In this document: positions 1 to 9,525 of the stretch, in pieces
Layout: each line of letters starts with the position of its first letter
How positions within the stretch are numbered: position 1 is the stretch's first letter
Origin: Bacteroidetes bacterium 4572_128
GTDB lineage: Bacteria > Bacteroidota > Bacteroidia > Bacteroidales > 4572-128
Length of the DNA: 50,581 nucleotides
NCBI GenBank assembly: GCA_002084355.1
Contig: NBLL01000001.1
Location: 1 to 50,581 of the forward strand
Direction: 5' to 3'
Program-made: the position numbers and the translations under genes
Notes under the pieces: model-generated
The model's input: the letters and a program-made list of their open reading frames with translations, nothing else
The model's database searches: none
Told to the model about the DNA's origin: nothing

Positions 1-46
1 TTTTTTTAGATTAAAAAAAGCATTAAAATATTTGGTTAAAAAAAAT

Positions 47-75
47 AAAATCGTGGAATTTTAATCCACGATTTT
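47..75 (-). terminator. rho-independent terminator candidate downstream of glnA
   Basis: 11-bp stem AAAATCGTGGA / TCCACGATTTT (47-57 pairs with 65-75) with a 7-nt loop. On the minus strand it is followed by a T8 run (complement of 38-45). Confidence 0.5.
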
Positions 76-95
76 TTAATTTATTTTTGAAATAT

Positions 96-1628
96 TTACA
101 TAGTATGAATGTACATTTCTACTAAATCTTTGATTTGTTCATTTTTATCATATAGTCTTTCACTTAAATCTTCATCGTGATAAGACTTTAACATTTTTAT
201 AAAACCGTTTATTGTTCTTTTTGGAAAAACTCCATTTTTTTCAAAAAATTCGCGGGATTTTTTTAATTCATCAGCAGATTCCCAGCAAGATTTTGGTAAT
301 TTTTCTAAGTTTTTTAACTTATCTTTAAAATTTTTATCAAAAATATTTACAGCAACGTAAGTTTCTTCTGCTATTTTCAAAGAATTTTCTTCTTTTAAAC
401 CTTGTTCTACAGCCAAAATCATACTCGCAAGCAAATGATAAATATCTGCTGAACCGTCAGGAGAGCGCAATTCTACGGTTTGTTTTCCTTCTACATAAGG
501 AACTTCGTATTTTTCATTTGGATTTGCATCTTTAATCATTTGTGTTTCAGCAACCCAACCCAAAGGAACACGAACCAAAACAGAGCGATTATAATCTCCC
601 CAGCAAATATTTGTCGGTGCTTCTTGATGTGGTACAAGACGCAAATAAGATGTTGGAATTGTATTTCCAAAGGCAGTCAAAACTTTAGAAAATTTCATCA
701 ATCCAGCAATAGATTTTTTTGCTGTATCACTTAATTCCTTGTTTTCTATCATTAAATTTTTCCCATCTTTTTCAAGAAAAAAATGTATATGTAAACCACT
801 TCCAGCTTTTCCAACAGTAATTTTTGGAGCAAAACTTATCGTAACACCGTATTTTTCTCCAAGCATCCTTAGAACCCATTTTGCAAGAACTAATTGATCT
901 GCTGCGTCTTCTACATCAACAGGTAAAAATTCTATTTCGTGCTGCTCAAATTCCTTAGTTTCTGTAAAAAAATTTCCTACTTCTGAATGTCCATATTTTA
1001 TTTTTCCTCCTATTTCAGAAATTATATTTATTGCTTCTGTTCTTAGGTGTTCCCAATTTGTAAAAGGAGAAGAAGTATGATAAGCTTTCTGGTCTTTTGC
1101 CGGATACAAACTTCTTTTTGGACCTATAATATAATATTCTAACTCACCCATCGCTTTGAAAGTAAAGCCTGTATTTTTTTTTAATTCTTTATGAGCTTTT
1201 CTTAGAATAAATTCCGGAGCAGAATCCCAAGCTAAACCACTGCGCGTATAAAAAGAGCATAAAATATCCAAAGTTGGAATTTCACTAAAAGGGTTTACAA
1301 AAGCAGTTTTAAAACGAGGAATAATATATAAATCGCTTTTTCCTGTCTCTATATAAGAAAACAAACTTGAACCATCTACTCTTTCTCCTGTACACAAAAT
1401 ATGCTCAAGATGCTCCATACTATTTATTACAAAATTTAAAGTTTTTAACTTGCCGTCTTCTGCAACATAACGCAAATTTAGCATCTTGATATTATTACCA
1501 TCAATAAATTTCATAATATCATAACGAGTAAATTCATTCGGATGCTTTTTTAAAAACTTTACTAACTTATTAGGATTTAAAAAAATTTGATTACTTTTCA
1601 TAAATTTATTTATTTTAAATAAATACAA
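96..1628 (-). CDS. glnA: glutamine synthetase family protein
   Basis: 510-aa ORF. GS-type motifs are visible in the translation (KAGSGLHIHFF, ELRSPDGSADIYH), with a beta-grasp-like N-terminus. The true start is probably the ATG at 1601 (MKSNQIF...). Confidence 0.8.
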   Translation of the reverse strand: MYLFKINKFMKSNQIFLNPNKLVKFLKKHPNEFTRYDIMKFIDGNNIKMLNLRYVAEDGKLKTLNFVINSMEHLEHILCTGERVDGSSLFSYIETGKSDLYIIPRFKTAFVNPFSEIPTLDILCSFYTRSGLAWDSAPEFILRKAHKELKKNTGFTFKAMGELEYYIIGPKRSLYPAKDQKAYHTSSPFTNWEHLRTEAINIISEIGGKIKYGHSEVGNFFTETKEFEQHEIEFLPVDVEDAADQLVLAKWVLRMLGEKYGVTISFAPKITVGKAGSGLHIHFFLEKDGKNLMIENKELSDTAKKSIAGLMKFSKVLTAFGNTIPTSYLRLVPHQEAPTNICWGDYNRSVLVRVPLGWVAETQMIKDANPNEKYEVPYVEGKQTVELRSPDGSADIYHLLASMILAVEQGLKEENSLKIAEETYVAVNIFDKNFKDKLKNLEKLPKSCWESADELKKSREFFEKNGVFPKRTINGFIKMLKSYHDEDLSERLYDKNEQIKDLVEMYIHTM

Positions 1629-1680
1629 TTTTAAAAAAAAATTTTATAAAAAAATAATAAAATTTTTAATTTTTTTTTTA

Positions 1681-2802
1681 ATGAAAATAGCTGTTAATAC
1701 AAGACTTTTAATAAAAAATAAACTGGAAGGAATTGCTTGGTTTACTTTGGAAACCTTAAAACGTATAACAAAAAAATACAAAGAGCATCAGTTTTATTTC
1801 CTTTTTGATAGAAAATTTGACGAAGAATTTATTTTTTCGGAAAACATTACTCCGGTAATTATTTCTCCACAAACAAGACATCCATTTTTATGGTATATTT
1901 GGTTTGAAAAAAGGCTTCCTAAAATTTTAAAAAAAATAAACCCAGATGTATTTGTTTCTCCGGACGGTTATATTCCTTTAAATATTCCTTTTCCAAGTCT
2001 TTCGGTTATTCATGATATAAATTTTGTACACAGACCAGAGGATTTACCTTTTTTGGTAAGTAAATATTATAATTATTATTTCCCATTATTTGCAAAAAAA
2101 TCCAAAAGAATAGCAACAGTTTCTGAATATTCTAAAAATGATATTGCGAAAGAATTTAAAATTAATAAAGAAAAAATAGATGTTGTTTATAATGGTTGTA
2201 ATATTTTATATAAAAAAGTTTCGTCAGAATTAAAAGAAAAAACGAAAGAGAAATTTTCTTATGGAAAAAATTATTTCATTTTTATAGGAGCAATGCATCC
2301 ACGTAAAAATGTCAAAAATCTTATAATAGCTTTCGATGAATTTAAAAAATCGTATAATTCTGATTTTAAATTGCTTATTGTTGGAAGTAAAATGTTTAAA
2401 AATAAAGAATTAGAAAAAAGTTTTAAAGAACTTTTTTTTAAAAAAGATATTATTTTCACAGGACGCTTATCTGTAAATGATTTAAAATTAGTACTTGCAA
2501 GTGCTTTTGCTTTAACTTTTACTCCTTTTTTTGAAGGTTTTGGCATTCCAATTTTGGAAGCAATGTATTGTGATGTACCTGTAATAAGTTCTAATTTAAC
2601 TTCAATTCCAGAAGTTTGTGGAGATGCAGGAATTTTAGTAAATCCGCACTCTATTGAAGAAATTAAAAATGCGATGATAAAAATTGTAAAAGATAAAAAT
2701 TTAAGAAAAAAACTAATAAAAAATGCTAAAATTCAAAGAAAAAAATTTTCTTGGAAAAAAACTTCTGATAAATTATGGAATAGCATAGAAAAATTGAAAT
2801 AA
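1681..2802 (+). CDS. glycosyltransferase, GT-B fold, family 4-like
   Basis: 373-aa ORF. The C-terminal FFEGFGIPILEAMYCDVPVISS...PEV..DAG block is the E-x7-E region typical of GT4 enzymes. Confidence 0.8.
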   Translation: MKIAVNTRLLIKNKLEGIAWFTLETLKRITKKYKEHQFYFLFDRKFDEEFIFSENITPVIISPQTRHPFLWYIWFEKRLPKILKKINPDVFVSPDGYIPLNIPFPSLSVIHDINFVHRPEDLPFLVSKYYNYYFPLFAKKSKRIATVSEYSKNDIAKEFKINKEKIDVVYNGCNILYKKVSSELKEKTKEKFSYGKNYFIFIGAMHPRKNVKNLIIAFDEFKKSYNSDFKLLIVGSKMFKNKELEKSFKELFFKKDIIFTGRLSVNDLKLVLASAFALTFTPFFEGFGIPILEAMYCDVPVISSNLTSIPEVCGDAGILVNPHSIEEIKNAMIKIVKDKNLRKKLIKNAKIQRKKFSWKKTSDKLWNSIEKLK

Positions 2803-2833
2803 TGAAAAATATATATAAATTGTAATTTTTTTA

Positions 2834-2841
2834 TATTTTTG
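2834..2841 (+). promoter_or_regulatory. Bacteroidota -7 promoter box (TAnnTTTG)
   Basis: Exact TATTTTTG lies 15 nt upstream of the ATG at 2857. It overlaps the TTG at 2839 that the ORF track used as start, which argues for 2857 as the real start. Confidence 0.4.
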
Positions 2842-2856
2842 CTAAAAAAATTTTTT

Positions 2857-5178
2857 ATGAAAAATGTCAAAAATTTTAAATTAAATAGCCAGTTTAATAT
2901 AATTGTAATTTCTTTTTTGATTTTGGTTTTTATAATTTTCGGATATTTTATTTATGATGATTTTGTTACAAAAGCTGAAGAAAGAAAATATAAAAATTTA
3001 AAAAAAGAATTAGAAAATATATGCGATTTTCTAAATTACAGTACTGTAAAAAGAATAGAAAAACTTAATGATTTTCAAAAAATAACACATAAACTTTTTT
3101 ATCAAAATGGAGATATAGAAATTATTGACAGCATAACAACAACTTTTAATGCTTTTAATCAAATAAGCAAAAAATCTCATGAAGTAGAAGTTAATTTATG
3201 GAAACAAAATGGTATATTTTTACAAAAAAGCGATAAATTTATAAATGAAGTTGAAAAATTTGGTGTGGAAACAGTTACTATTTTTCAAAAAATAGATAAA
3301 GGTTTTTTAAGAATTGCAACTAATATTTTAGATGATTTTGGTAATAAAGCTATAGGAACATATATTCCAAACAATTCAATAGTTGTGAAAACATTAAAAA
3401 AAAATGAAACATATAAAGGAAAAGCATTTGTTTTAAATAAATATTATACAACAATTTATGAGCCAATAAAAATAAATAATAAAATTGTAGGTGCTTTACT
3501 TATAGGAATTTCTGAGATAGATTATACTTCAGTAAAAAACTTTTTCGACAAAAGAACCGAAAATAAAAATAAATATCCTTTTCTTGTAAAAAATAATGGA
3601 GAGCTATTAATTCATCCAGATTTTGAAAGTGAAAACATAAGTTCTACAAATTTTTTTAGAAAAGAAATTGAAAAAAATTTAAAAGAGAATTATTTCCAAT
3701 ATTTTTTTCCAGATAACGAATTGGGTTTTGAAAAAACTGCATGCTATAAATATTTAGATAATCTTGATGCTTATGTTTTTATAACTACTTATGACGAAGC
3801 TTTTTATAAAAGGAATCAAAAAACAATGATCTATATTATCTTAATTTTTTCAATTTTTATTTTTTTATTTTTTGTAATTCTTCACATAATTTTTTCTCCT
3901 ATAAAAAAATATATATACTACATATATGATATTATATATGATATTTCACAAGGTAAAATTTTAGATGAAATTAAAAATAAAAATGAAAAATATTTTAATC
4001 TAAAAATTTTAAAACATTTAAATATTTTAATAAAATCTTTAAAAAGAACTTATAAATTTACTCAGGAAATTCAAAAAGGTAATTTTAAAAGTGATTATAA
4101 ATTAATTAGTAAAGATGATGTATTAGGAAAATCTCTAATGGATATGCGAAATTCCTTAGAAAAAGCAAAAAAAGATGCAACTGAAAGAAAGCGAGAAGAT
4201 GATATAAGAAACTGGGAATCAAAAGGGCAAGCAGAATTTTCCGAAATTTTACGTCAAGATAATGATAATTTAAAAAAAATGAGTGAAAATATTATTGTTT
4301 ACATAACAAAATATTTAAAAGCAAATCAAGGAGGTTTGTTTATTATAAAAAATAAAAATAAAAATGATGCTTTTATAGAGCAGATTTCTTGTTTTGCTTA
4401 TGACAGAAAAAGACAACAAAAAAAACGCATTAGAATTGACGATGGACTTCTTGGGCGTTCTGTTTATGAAAAAGAAACAATTTATTTAACAAATATTCCT
4501 AAAAATTATATAAATATTACTTCTGGTCTTGGTGATGAAACACCAAATAATTTATTAATTGTACCTTTGAAATTAAATGAAAAAGTACTTGGTATTTTAG
4601 AACTTGCTTCTTTTAGGATATTTGAAAAATATGAAATTGAATTTTTAGAAAGAGTTGGAGAAAACATTGCTTCTGTAATGAGTTCAGCGCAAACAAATGA
4701 AGAAACAAAAAAATTATTAATCAAAGCAAAAGAACAAGCAGAAATAATGCTTTCTCAGGACGAAGAAATGAGACAAAATTTAGAAGAAATGCAAGCAACT
4801 CAGGATGAAGCAATAAAAAAAGAAAATCTTGCAAAAGGTTTTATAGATTCAGTAAATAATTTTGTTATGCGTGCAAATTTTGATTTGGAAGGAAATATAA
4901 TTTTTGCAAATAAGTTATTTTTAGAAAAATTAGGGTATAAAAAATTTATCGAAATTAAAAATTTTTCATATTATAATTTTTTTGAAAAAAAAGACCTATT
5001 GAAAATAAAGTCTATTGATTCTAGTTTACAAAGAGGTGGAAAATTTTTCGAAGGAACTATTAAACACATAACAAAAAACAATAAATTAATTGATCTTTTT
5101 GTGATTATAAATATAATTAGAGATAAAAATTTTAAACCAGAATATATTTTATTTCTTATAATAGATAAAAAAAATTAA
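2857..5178 (+). CDS. membrane sensor protein: Cache-type periplasmic domain, HAMP, GAF, coiled coil, PAS; no recognisable output domain
   Basis: Two TM segments (IIVISFLILVFIIFGYFIY and MIYIILIFSIFIFLFFVILHIIF) flank a Cache-like block (FLRIATNILDDFGNKAIGTYIP...KGKAFVLNKYYTTIYEPIKINNKIVGALLIGI). A GAF-like region follows (ITKYLKANQGGLFII...LGDETPNNLLIVPLKLNEKVLGILELASF), then a charged coiled coil and a PAS-like C-terminus. Confidence 0.65.
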   Translation: MKNVKNFKLNSQFNIIVISFLILVFIIFGYFIYDDFVTKAEERKYKNLKKELENICDFLNYSTVKRIEKLNDFQKITHKLFYQNGDIEIIDSITTTFNAFNQISKKSHEVEVNLWKQNGIFLQKSDKFINEVEKFGVETVTIFQKIDKGFLRIATNILDDFGNKAIGTYIPNNSIVVKTLKKNETYKGKAFVLNKYYTTIYEPIKINNKIVGALLIGISEIDYTSVKNFFDKRTENKNKYPFLVKNNGELLIHPDFESENISSTNFFRKEIEKNLKENYFQYFFPDNELGFEKTACYKYLDNLDAYVFITTYDEAFYKRNQKTMIYIILIFSIFIFLFFVILHIIFSPIKKYIYYIYDIIYDISQGKILDEIKNKNEKYFNLKILKHLNILIKSLKRTYKFTQEIQKGNFKSDYKLISKDDVLGKSLMDMRNSLEKAKKDATERKREDDIRNWESKGQAEFSEILRQDNDNLKKMSENIIVYITKYLKANQGGLFIIKNKNKNDAFIEQISCFAYDRKRQQKKRIRIDDGLLGRSVYEKETIYLTNIPKNYINITSGLGDETPNNLLIVPLKLNEKVLGILELASFRIFEKYEIEFLERVGENIASVMSSAQTNEETKKLLIKAKEQAEIMLSQDEEMRQNLEEMQATQDEAIKKENLAKGFIDSVNNFVMRANFDLEGNIIFANKLFLEKLGYKKFIEIKNFSYYNFFEKKDLLKIKSIDSSLQRGGKFFEGTIKHITKNNKLIDLFVIINIIRDKNFKPEYILFLIIDKKN

Positions 5179-5206
5179 AAAAAATTCCATTTTTTATAAA
5201 AAAAAT

Positions 5207-5214
5207 TATTTTTG
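5207..5214 (+). promoter_or_regulatory. possible -7 promoter box (TAnnTTTG) upstream of glyA
   Basis: Exact TATTTTTG, but only 12 nt before the ATG at 5227, which would give a very short leader. Confidence 0.3.
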
Positions 5215-5226
5215 AAAAAAAAAATT

Positions 5227-6510
5227 ATGAAAAGAGATTTAAAAATTTTTGAATTAATAGAAAAAGAACATCAACGTCAGTTGAACGGAATAGAATTAAT
5301 TGCTTCTGAGAATTTTGTTAGTGAGCAAGTTATGGAAGCTATGGGTTCTTGCATGACGAATAAATATGCTGAAGGTTATCCGGGAAAAAGATATTACGGT
5401 GGATGTGAAGTTGTTGACCAGTCTGAACAGCTTGCCATAGATAGAGTGAAAAAACTTTTTGGGGCTTCGTATGCAAATGTACAGCCTCATTCTGGCGCTC
5501 AGGCAAATGCTGCTGTTATGCTTACTTGTTTAAAAGCTGGAGATACTTTTCTTGGTTTAGACTTGTCGCACGGCGGACATTTAACGCATGGTTCTTTTGT
5601 AAATTTCTCGGGAATATTATACAATCCTGTTTCTTACAAAGTAAAAGAAGAAACTGGACAAGTTGATTATGATGAGATGGAAAAAATTGCATTGAAAGTT
5701 AAACCGAAGATGATAATTGGCGGTGCTTCTGCTTATTCCAGAGACTGGGATTACAAACGTATGCGAGAAATTGCTGATAAAGTTAATGCTTTATTGATGT
5801 TTGATATTTCACACCCTGCAGGTTTAATTGCAGCTGGAATATTAAAAAATCCTTTTCCTTACGCTCACATTGTAACTTCAACAACTCATAAAACTTTAAG
5901 AGGTCCAAGAGGAGGAATAATATTATTAGGGGAAGATTTTAAAAATCCTTTCGGGAAAAAAACAAAAAAAGGTCTTACGAGAAAAATGTCCACACTATTA
6001 AATTTAGGAGTATTTCCCGGAACACAAGGAGGACCATTAGAGCATGTTATAGCAGCAAAAGCTGTTGCTTTTGGAGAAGCATTAACAGAAGAGTTTAAGG
6101 AATATCAAAAACAAGTTGTTAAAAATGCTAATTCTATGGCTGAGGCATTTATTAAAAAAGGCTATAAAGTAATTTCTGACGGTACAGATAACCATTCTAT
6201 GTTAATAGATCTACGCAGTAAATTTCCAGAAATTACAGGAAAAAAAGTAGAAAATACTCTTGTGCTTGCTGATATTACTATTAATAAAAATATGGTACCT
6301 TTTGATAGTCGTTCGCCTTTTCAAACTTCTGGTATTCGTGTTGGAACTCCTGCTTTGACAACAAGAGGACTTATGGAAAAAGATATGAAAATTATCGTTG
6401 ATTTTATTGATGAAGTAATTTCAAACATAGATGATGAAAAAGTATATAAAAAAGTTAAAAGTAAAGTAAATAAAATGATGAAAAAATATCCAATTTTTAA
6501 GGGAAATTAA
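5227..6510 (+). CDS. glyA: serine hydroxymethyltransferase
   Basis: Strongly conserved SHMT sequence ([23 protein letters not shown], the PLP-lysine block [31 protein letters not shown]). The ORF track starts at the TTG at 5212; the ATG at 5227 (MKRDLKIF) is more likely. Confidence 0.95.
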   Translation: MKRDLKIFELIEKEHQRQLNGIELIASENFVSEQVMEAMGSCMTNKYAEGYPGKRYYGGCEVVDQSEQLAIDRVKKLFGASYANVQPHSGAQANAAVMLTCLKAGDTFLGLDLSHGGHLTHGSFVNFSGILYNPVSYKVKEETGQVDYDEMEKIALKVKPKMIIGGASAYSRDWDYKRMREIADKVNALLMFDISHPAGLIAAGILKNPFPYAHIVTSTTHKTLRGPRGGIILLGEDFKNPFGKKTKKGLTRKMSTLLNLGVFPGTQGGPLEHVIAAKAVAFGEALTEEFKEYQKQVVKNANSMAEAFIKKGYKVISDGTDNHSMLIDLRSKFPEITGKKVENTLVLADITINKNMVPFDSRSPFQTSGIRVGTPALTTRGLMEKDMKIIVDFIDEVISNIDDEKVYKKVKSKVNKMMKKYPIFKGN

Positions 6511-6516
6511 TTTTTA

Positions 6517-6560
6517 AAAAAAATCAATTTGGATTTTGAAAATCCAAATTGATTTTTTTA
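6517..6560 (+). terminator. rho-independent (bidirectional-type) terminator after glyA
   Basis: Near-perfect palindrome AAAAAAATCAATTTGGATTTT G AAAATCCAAATTGATTTTTTT, 6 nt after the glyA stop, ending in a T run. Confidence 0.65.
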
Positions 6561-6587
6561 TAAATTATAAATTACAAAACATAAAAA

Positions 6588-7279
6588 ATGAAAAATAAAG
6601 AAATGTCATTTTTAGGTCATTTGGAAGAATTAAGATGGCATATAATTCGTTCTTTTATAGCTGTTATAATATTGGCAATATTGGCTTTTATTTATAGCGA
6701 ATTTATTTTTGATAATATTATTTTATTTCCAAAAAATCCAGAATTTTTTACTAATAGAATGTTTTGTAAACTCGGACATTTGATGGGGACAGAGAAATTA
6801 TGTATAAATAGTAATCCTTTAACTTTATAAAACCTGCTTTGGAAAAAAAAGAAAAAAAATATACAACAGGTGCAGTATTTTTCACATCTATTCTTTTTAT
6901 GATGGGAGTTTTATTTGGATATTTTTTAATCGTTCCATTGTCTCTTAATTTTCTTGGTTCTTATGTTGTTAGCGACGAAGTTTTAAATCAAATTAATATT
7001 GGTTCTTACATAGATATGATAACTTCAGTAACTCTTGCTTCAGGTATAATTTTCGAATTACCAGTTTTAATTTATTTTTTAAGTAAACTTGGAATAGTAA
7101 CTCCTTCAATATTAAGGAAATATAGACGACATTCTTTAGTTGTTATTTTATCTCTTTCCGCAATAATTACTCCGCCAGATATTTTTAGTCAAATTTTAGT
7201 TTCATTACCTTTATTTATTTTGTATGAATTTGGAATTTTGATTGCGAAAAATATTTACAAAGAAAAAGAAGAACAATAA
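6588..7279 (+). pseudogene. tatC: twin-arginine translocase subunit TatC, disrupted (internal deletion plus frame change)
   Basis: ORF 6588-6830 carries the TatC N-terminus (MSFLGHLEELRWHIIRS...). ORF 6839-7279 carries the TatC C-terminal two thirds (GAVFFTSILFMMGVLFGYFLIVPLSLNFL...) in a different frame. A TAA lies at 6828. From memory of TatC alignments, roughly 40 residues between the two parts are missing. Confidence 0.7.
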
Positions 7280-7282
7280 AAA

Positions 7283-8410
7283 ATTTTTCAAAAAAAACGC
7301 CAATTTTTTATGAATTATTAAAAAAAAAAATTTTTGAAAAATGCCAATTTTTTTATGAATTATTTAAAAAAAAACTTTTTCCAAAAAATGCCAATTTTTT
7401 ATGAATTATTTAAAAAAAAATTTTTTCAAAAAATGCCAATTTTTTTATGAATTATTAAAAAAAATTTTTTCCAAAAAATGCCAATTTTTTGTGAATTATT
7501 AAAAAAAAATTTTTTTCAAAAAAAACGCCAATTTTTTATGAATTATTTAAAAAAAAATTTTTTCAAAAAACGGCGTTTTTTTATGAGTCATTAAAAAAAA
7601 AAAATTTTTTTCAAAAAACGGCGTTTTTTTTATGAATTATTAAAAAAAAAATTTTTTCCAAAAAATGCCAATTTTTTATGAATTATTTAAAATTTTTTTT
7701 CAAAAAACGGCGTTTTTTTATGAATTATTAAAAAAAAAAATTTTTTCAAAAAACGGCGTTTTTTTTATGAATTATTAAAAAAAAAAATTTTTTCCAAAAA
7801 ACGGCGTTTTTTTATGAATTATTAAAAAAAATTTTTTCAAAAAATGCCAATTTTTTATGAATTATTTAAAAAAAAAATTTTTCCAAAAAATGCCAATTTT
7901 TTATGAATTATTTAAAAAAAAATTTTTTCCAAAAAACGGCGTTTTTTTTATGAGTTATTAAAAAAAAAAATTTTTTTCAAAAAAATGCCAATTTTTTATG
8001 AATTATTTAAAAAAAACTTTTTCCAAAAAATGCCAATTTTTTTATGAATTATTAAAAAAAATTTTTCCAAAAAATGCCAATTTTTTATGAATTATTTAAA
8101 AAAAAAATTTTTCAAAAAACGGCGTTTTTTTTATGAGTTATTAAAAAAAATTTTTTCAAAAAATGCCAATTTTTTATGAATTATTTAAAAAAAAATTTTT
8201 CCAAAAAACGGCGTTTTTTTTATGAGTTATTAAAAAAAAAATTTTTTTCAAAAAAATGCCAATTTTTTTATGAGTTATTAAAAAAAAATTTTTTTTCCAA
8301 AAAACGGCGTTTTTTTATGAATTATTAAAAAAAATTTTTTTCCAAAAACGCCAATTTTTTATAAATTATTAAAAAAAATTTTTTCCAAAAACGCCAATCT
8401 TTTATGAATT
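7283..8410 (+). repeat. tandem array, 25 units of about 45 bp, A/T-block repeat family (array A1)
   Basis: By hand count there are 25 head-to-tail units of ATGAATTATT, A8-10, T6-8, C(C)A6, a core, then T6-8. Core states are TGCCAA (12 units), CGGCG (9) and CGCCAA (4). Confidence 0.9.
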
Positions 8411-8488
8411 TAAAATTAATTTTTTATTGTAACTACAAGGGATATAATAATCATAAGACATTTGAACACTTATAAGAGTAGATTATGA

Positions 8489-8830
8489 TTATATTTCGTT
8501 TTTAATTAAATCTTTAATAAAAGTTATGTTTACATTTTTTTTCTCTGATTTATCGTAAATATGTAAAAGATAAATTTTGAAATCTTCTGTAATTTTATAC
8601 ATTATAATTCTTGCTCCTCCGCTTTTTCCTTGACTTTTGCTTTTTATTGCTAAACGCAATTTAAAAATATTAGATTTTATTTCTACACTATTTTTTAAAT
8701 TTTCTTCTAAATTATTAATAAAGTTTCGTAAATCGCTTTTCAAAGACTTATGTTTTTTAAACAATCTTTTTACATTTTTTTCAAAAGTATTGGAATAACT
8801 AACTTGATATTTTTTATTCATTATTCCCAA
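8489..8830 (-). CDS. RelE/ParE-superfamily type II toxin
   Basis: 113-aa ORF with the characteristic ...FKLRLAIKSKSQGKSGGARIIMY...LLHIYDKSEK block of addiction-module killer/RelE-like toxins. It overlaps the upstream ORF by 10 nt. Confidence 0.65.
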   Translation of the reverse strand: MGIMNKKYQVSYSNTFEKNVKRLFKKHKSLKSDLRNFINNLEENLKNSVEIKSNIFKLRLAIKSKSQGKSGGARIIMYKITEDFKIYLLHIYDKSEKKNVNITFIKDLIKNEI

Positions 8831-9294
8831 TTTTCAAACAATTCTTCTATAGGTTTAAACTCTTTTTCCCCTGCTTCTAATGCTTTCAATTCTTTAAAAG
8901 CATTTGTTAAACTTTCTGTTAATTCATCTTCTTGTTCTTTTTTTAAGTTCAAATATTCATCTATTTTTATTAATAAATTTTTATTTTCATATAGTTTTCC
9001 AAAAAATATAAAAGAAGGAATTTCTTTATAAAGTTCATTAATTTTTTTAATATCAAAATGTAAACTTTTACAATTTTTATAATATAATTTTCTAATATTT
9101 GAAAAATATTCTTTGAAAAAAATATTTTGTTCTTTGATTTGTTTTCTTTTTAAGAGATAATAAAAAGGTAATATCAAAGAATATATAAAAATAGAAAATA
9201 CATTCCAAAGACCTTTTTTAAATTTTCTAATGTATAAAAAAAAACTGTATTCTAATTGCAAATTAATTTGCTTTTGATTTAAAATATTTTCCAT
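8821..9294 (-). CDS. hypothetical protein with a TM segment; possible cognate antitoxin
   Basis: 157-aa ORF translationally coupled to the toxin. It has a hydrophobic segment (VFSIFIYSLILPFYYLL) and an acidic C-terminal tail (ESLTNAFKELKALEAGEKEFKPIEELFENWE) resembling small antitoxin C-termini. No family recognised. Confidence 0.35.
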   Translation of the reverse strand: MENILNQKQINLQLEYSFFLYIRKFKKGLWNVFSIFIYSLILPFYYLLKRKQIKEQNIFFKEYFSNIRKLYYKNCKSLHFDIKKINELYKEIPSFIFFGKLYENKNLLIKIDEYLNLKKEQEDELTESLTNAFKELKALEAGEKEFKPIEELFENWE

Positions 9295-9525
9295 CTTGAA
9301 TAAAATTAATAATTATTAATAATAAAACGATTTTTAATTAAAAAGATTTTTCATATATTATACAAATATAAATAATCTTTTTATTAAAAAAAATTTTTTT
9401 AATAAAAATTTGTTCATTACATTACACAATCATTGATTTTTAACTACGTTTTATAAAAAAAAAATTTTTTATAAAAAATTTTCGTAAAATGCAATTTTAT
9501 TTTTTAAAATTTTAATATTTGTTAT

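Noticed and set aside
480-734. Many 60-160-aa ORFs lie antisense to or nested within larger genes (for example 480-734, 2271-2546, 9546-9935, 30981-31466, 44643-44936, 47549-47807).
   Set aside because: They are low-complexity, F/I/K/N-rich translations typical of AT-rich DNA. Each overlaps a well-supported gene on the other strand or in another frame.
7283-8410. The regular about 45-bp periodicity looked CRISPR-like at first glance.
   Set aside because: The units are contiguous with no unique spacers, and the only variable part is a 5-6 nt core taking three states. No cas genes are present, and the same unit occurs singly and in both orientations elsewhere. It is a satellite-type tandem repeat.
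7283-8410. A 45-bp unit equals 15 codons, so the array could encode a repetitive peptide (for example ...FQKMPIFYELFKKNF...).
   Set aside because: Homopolymer-length variation between units breaks every frame. No ORF of 60 aa or more exists in the array on either strand.
7283-8410. The reverse complement of the TGCCAA units (TTGGCATTTTTTGG) resembles a sigma-54 -24/-12 promoter (TGGCAC-N5-TTGC).
   Set aside because: The GG-to-TTG spacing is 2 nt too short, the -12 GC is absent, and the other core variants lack the motif altogether.
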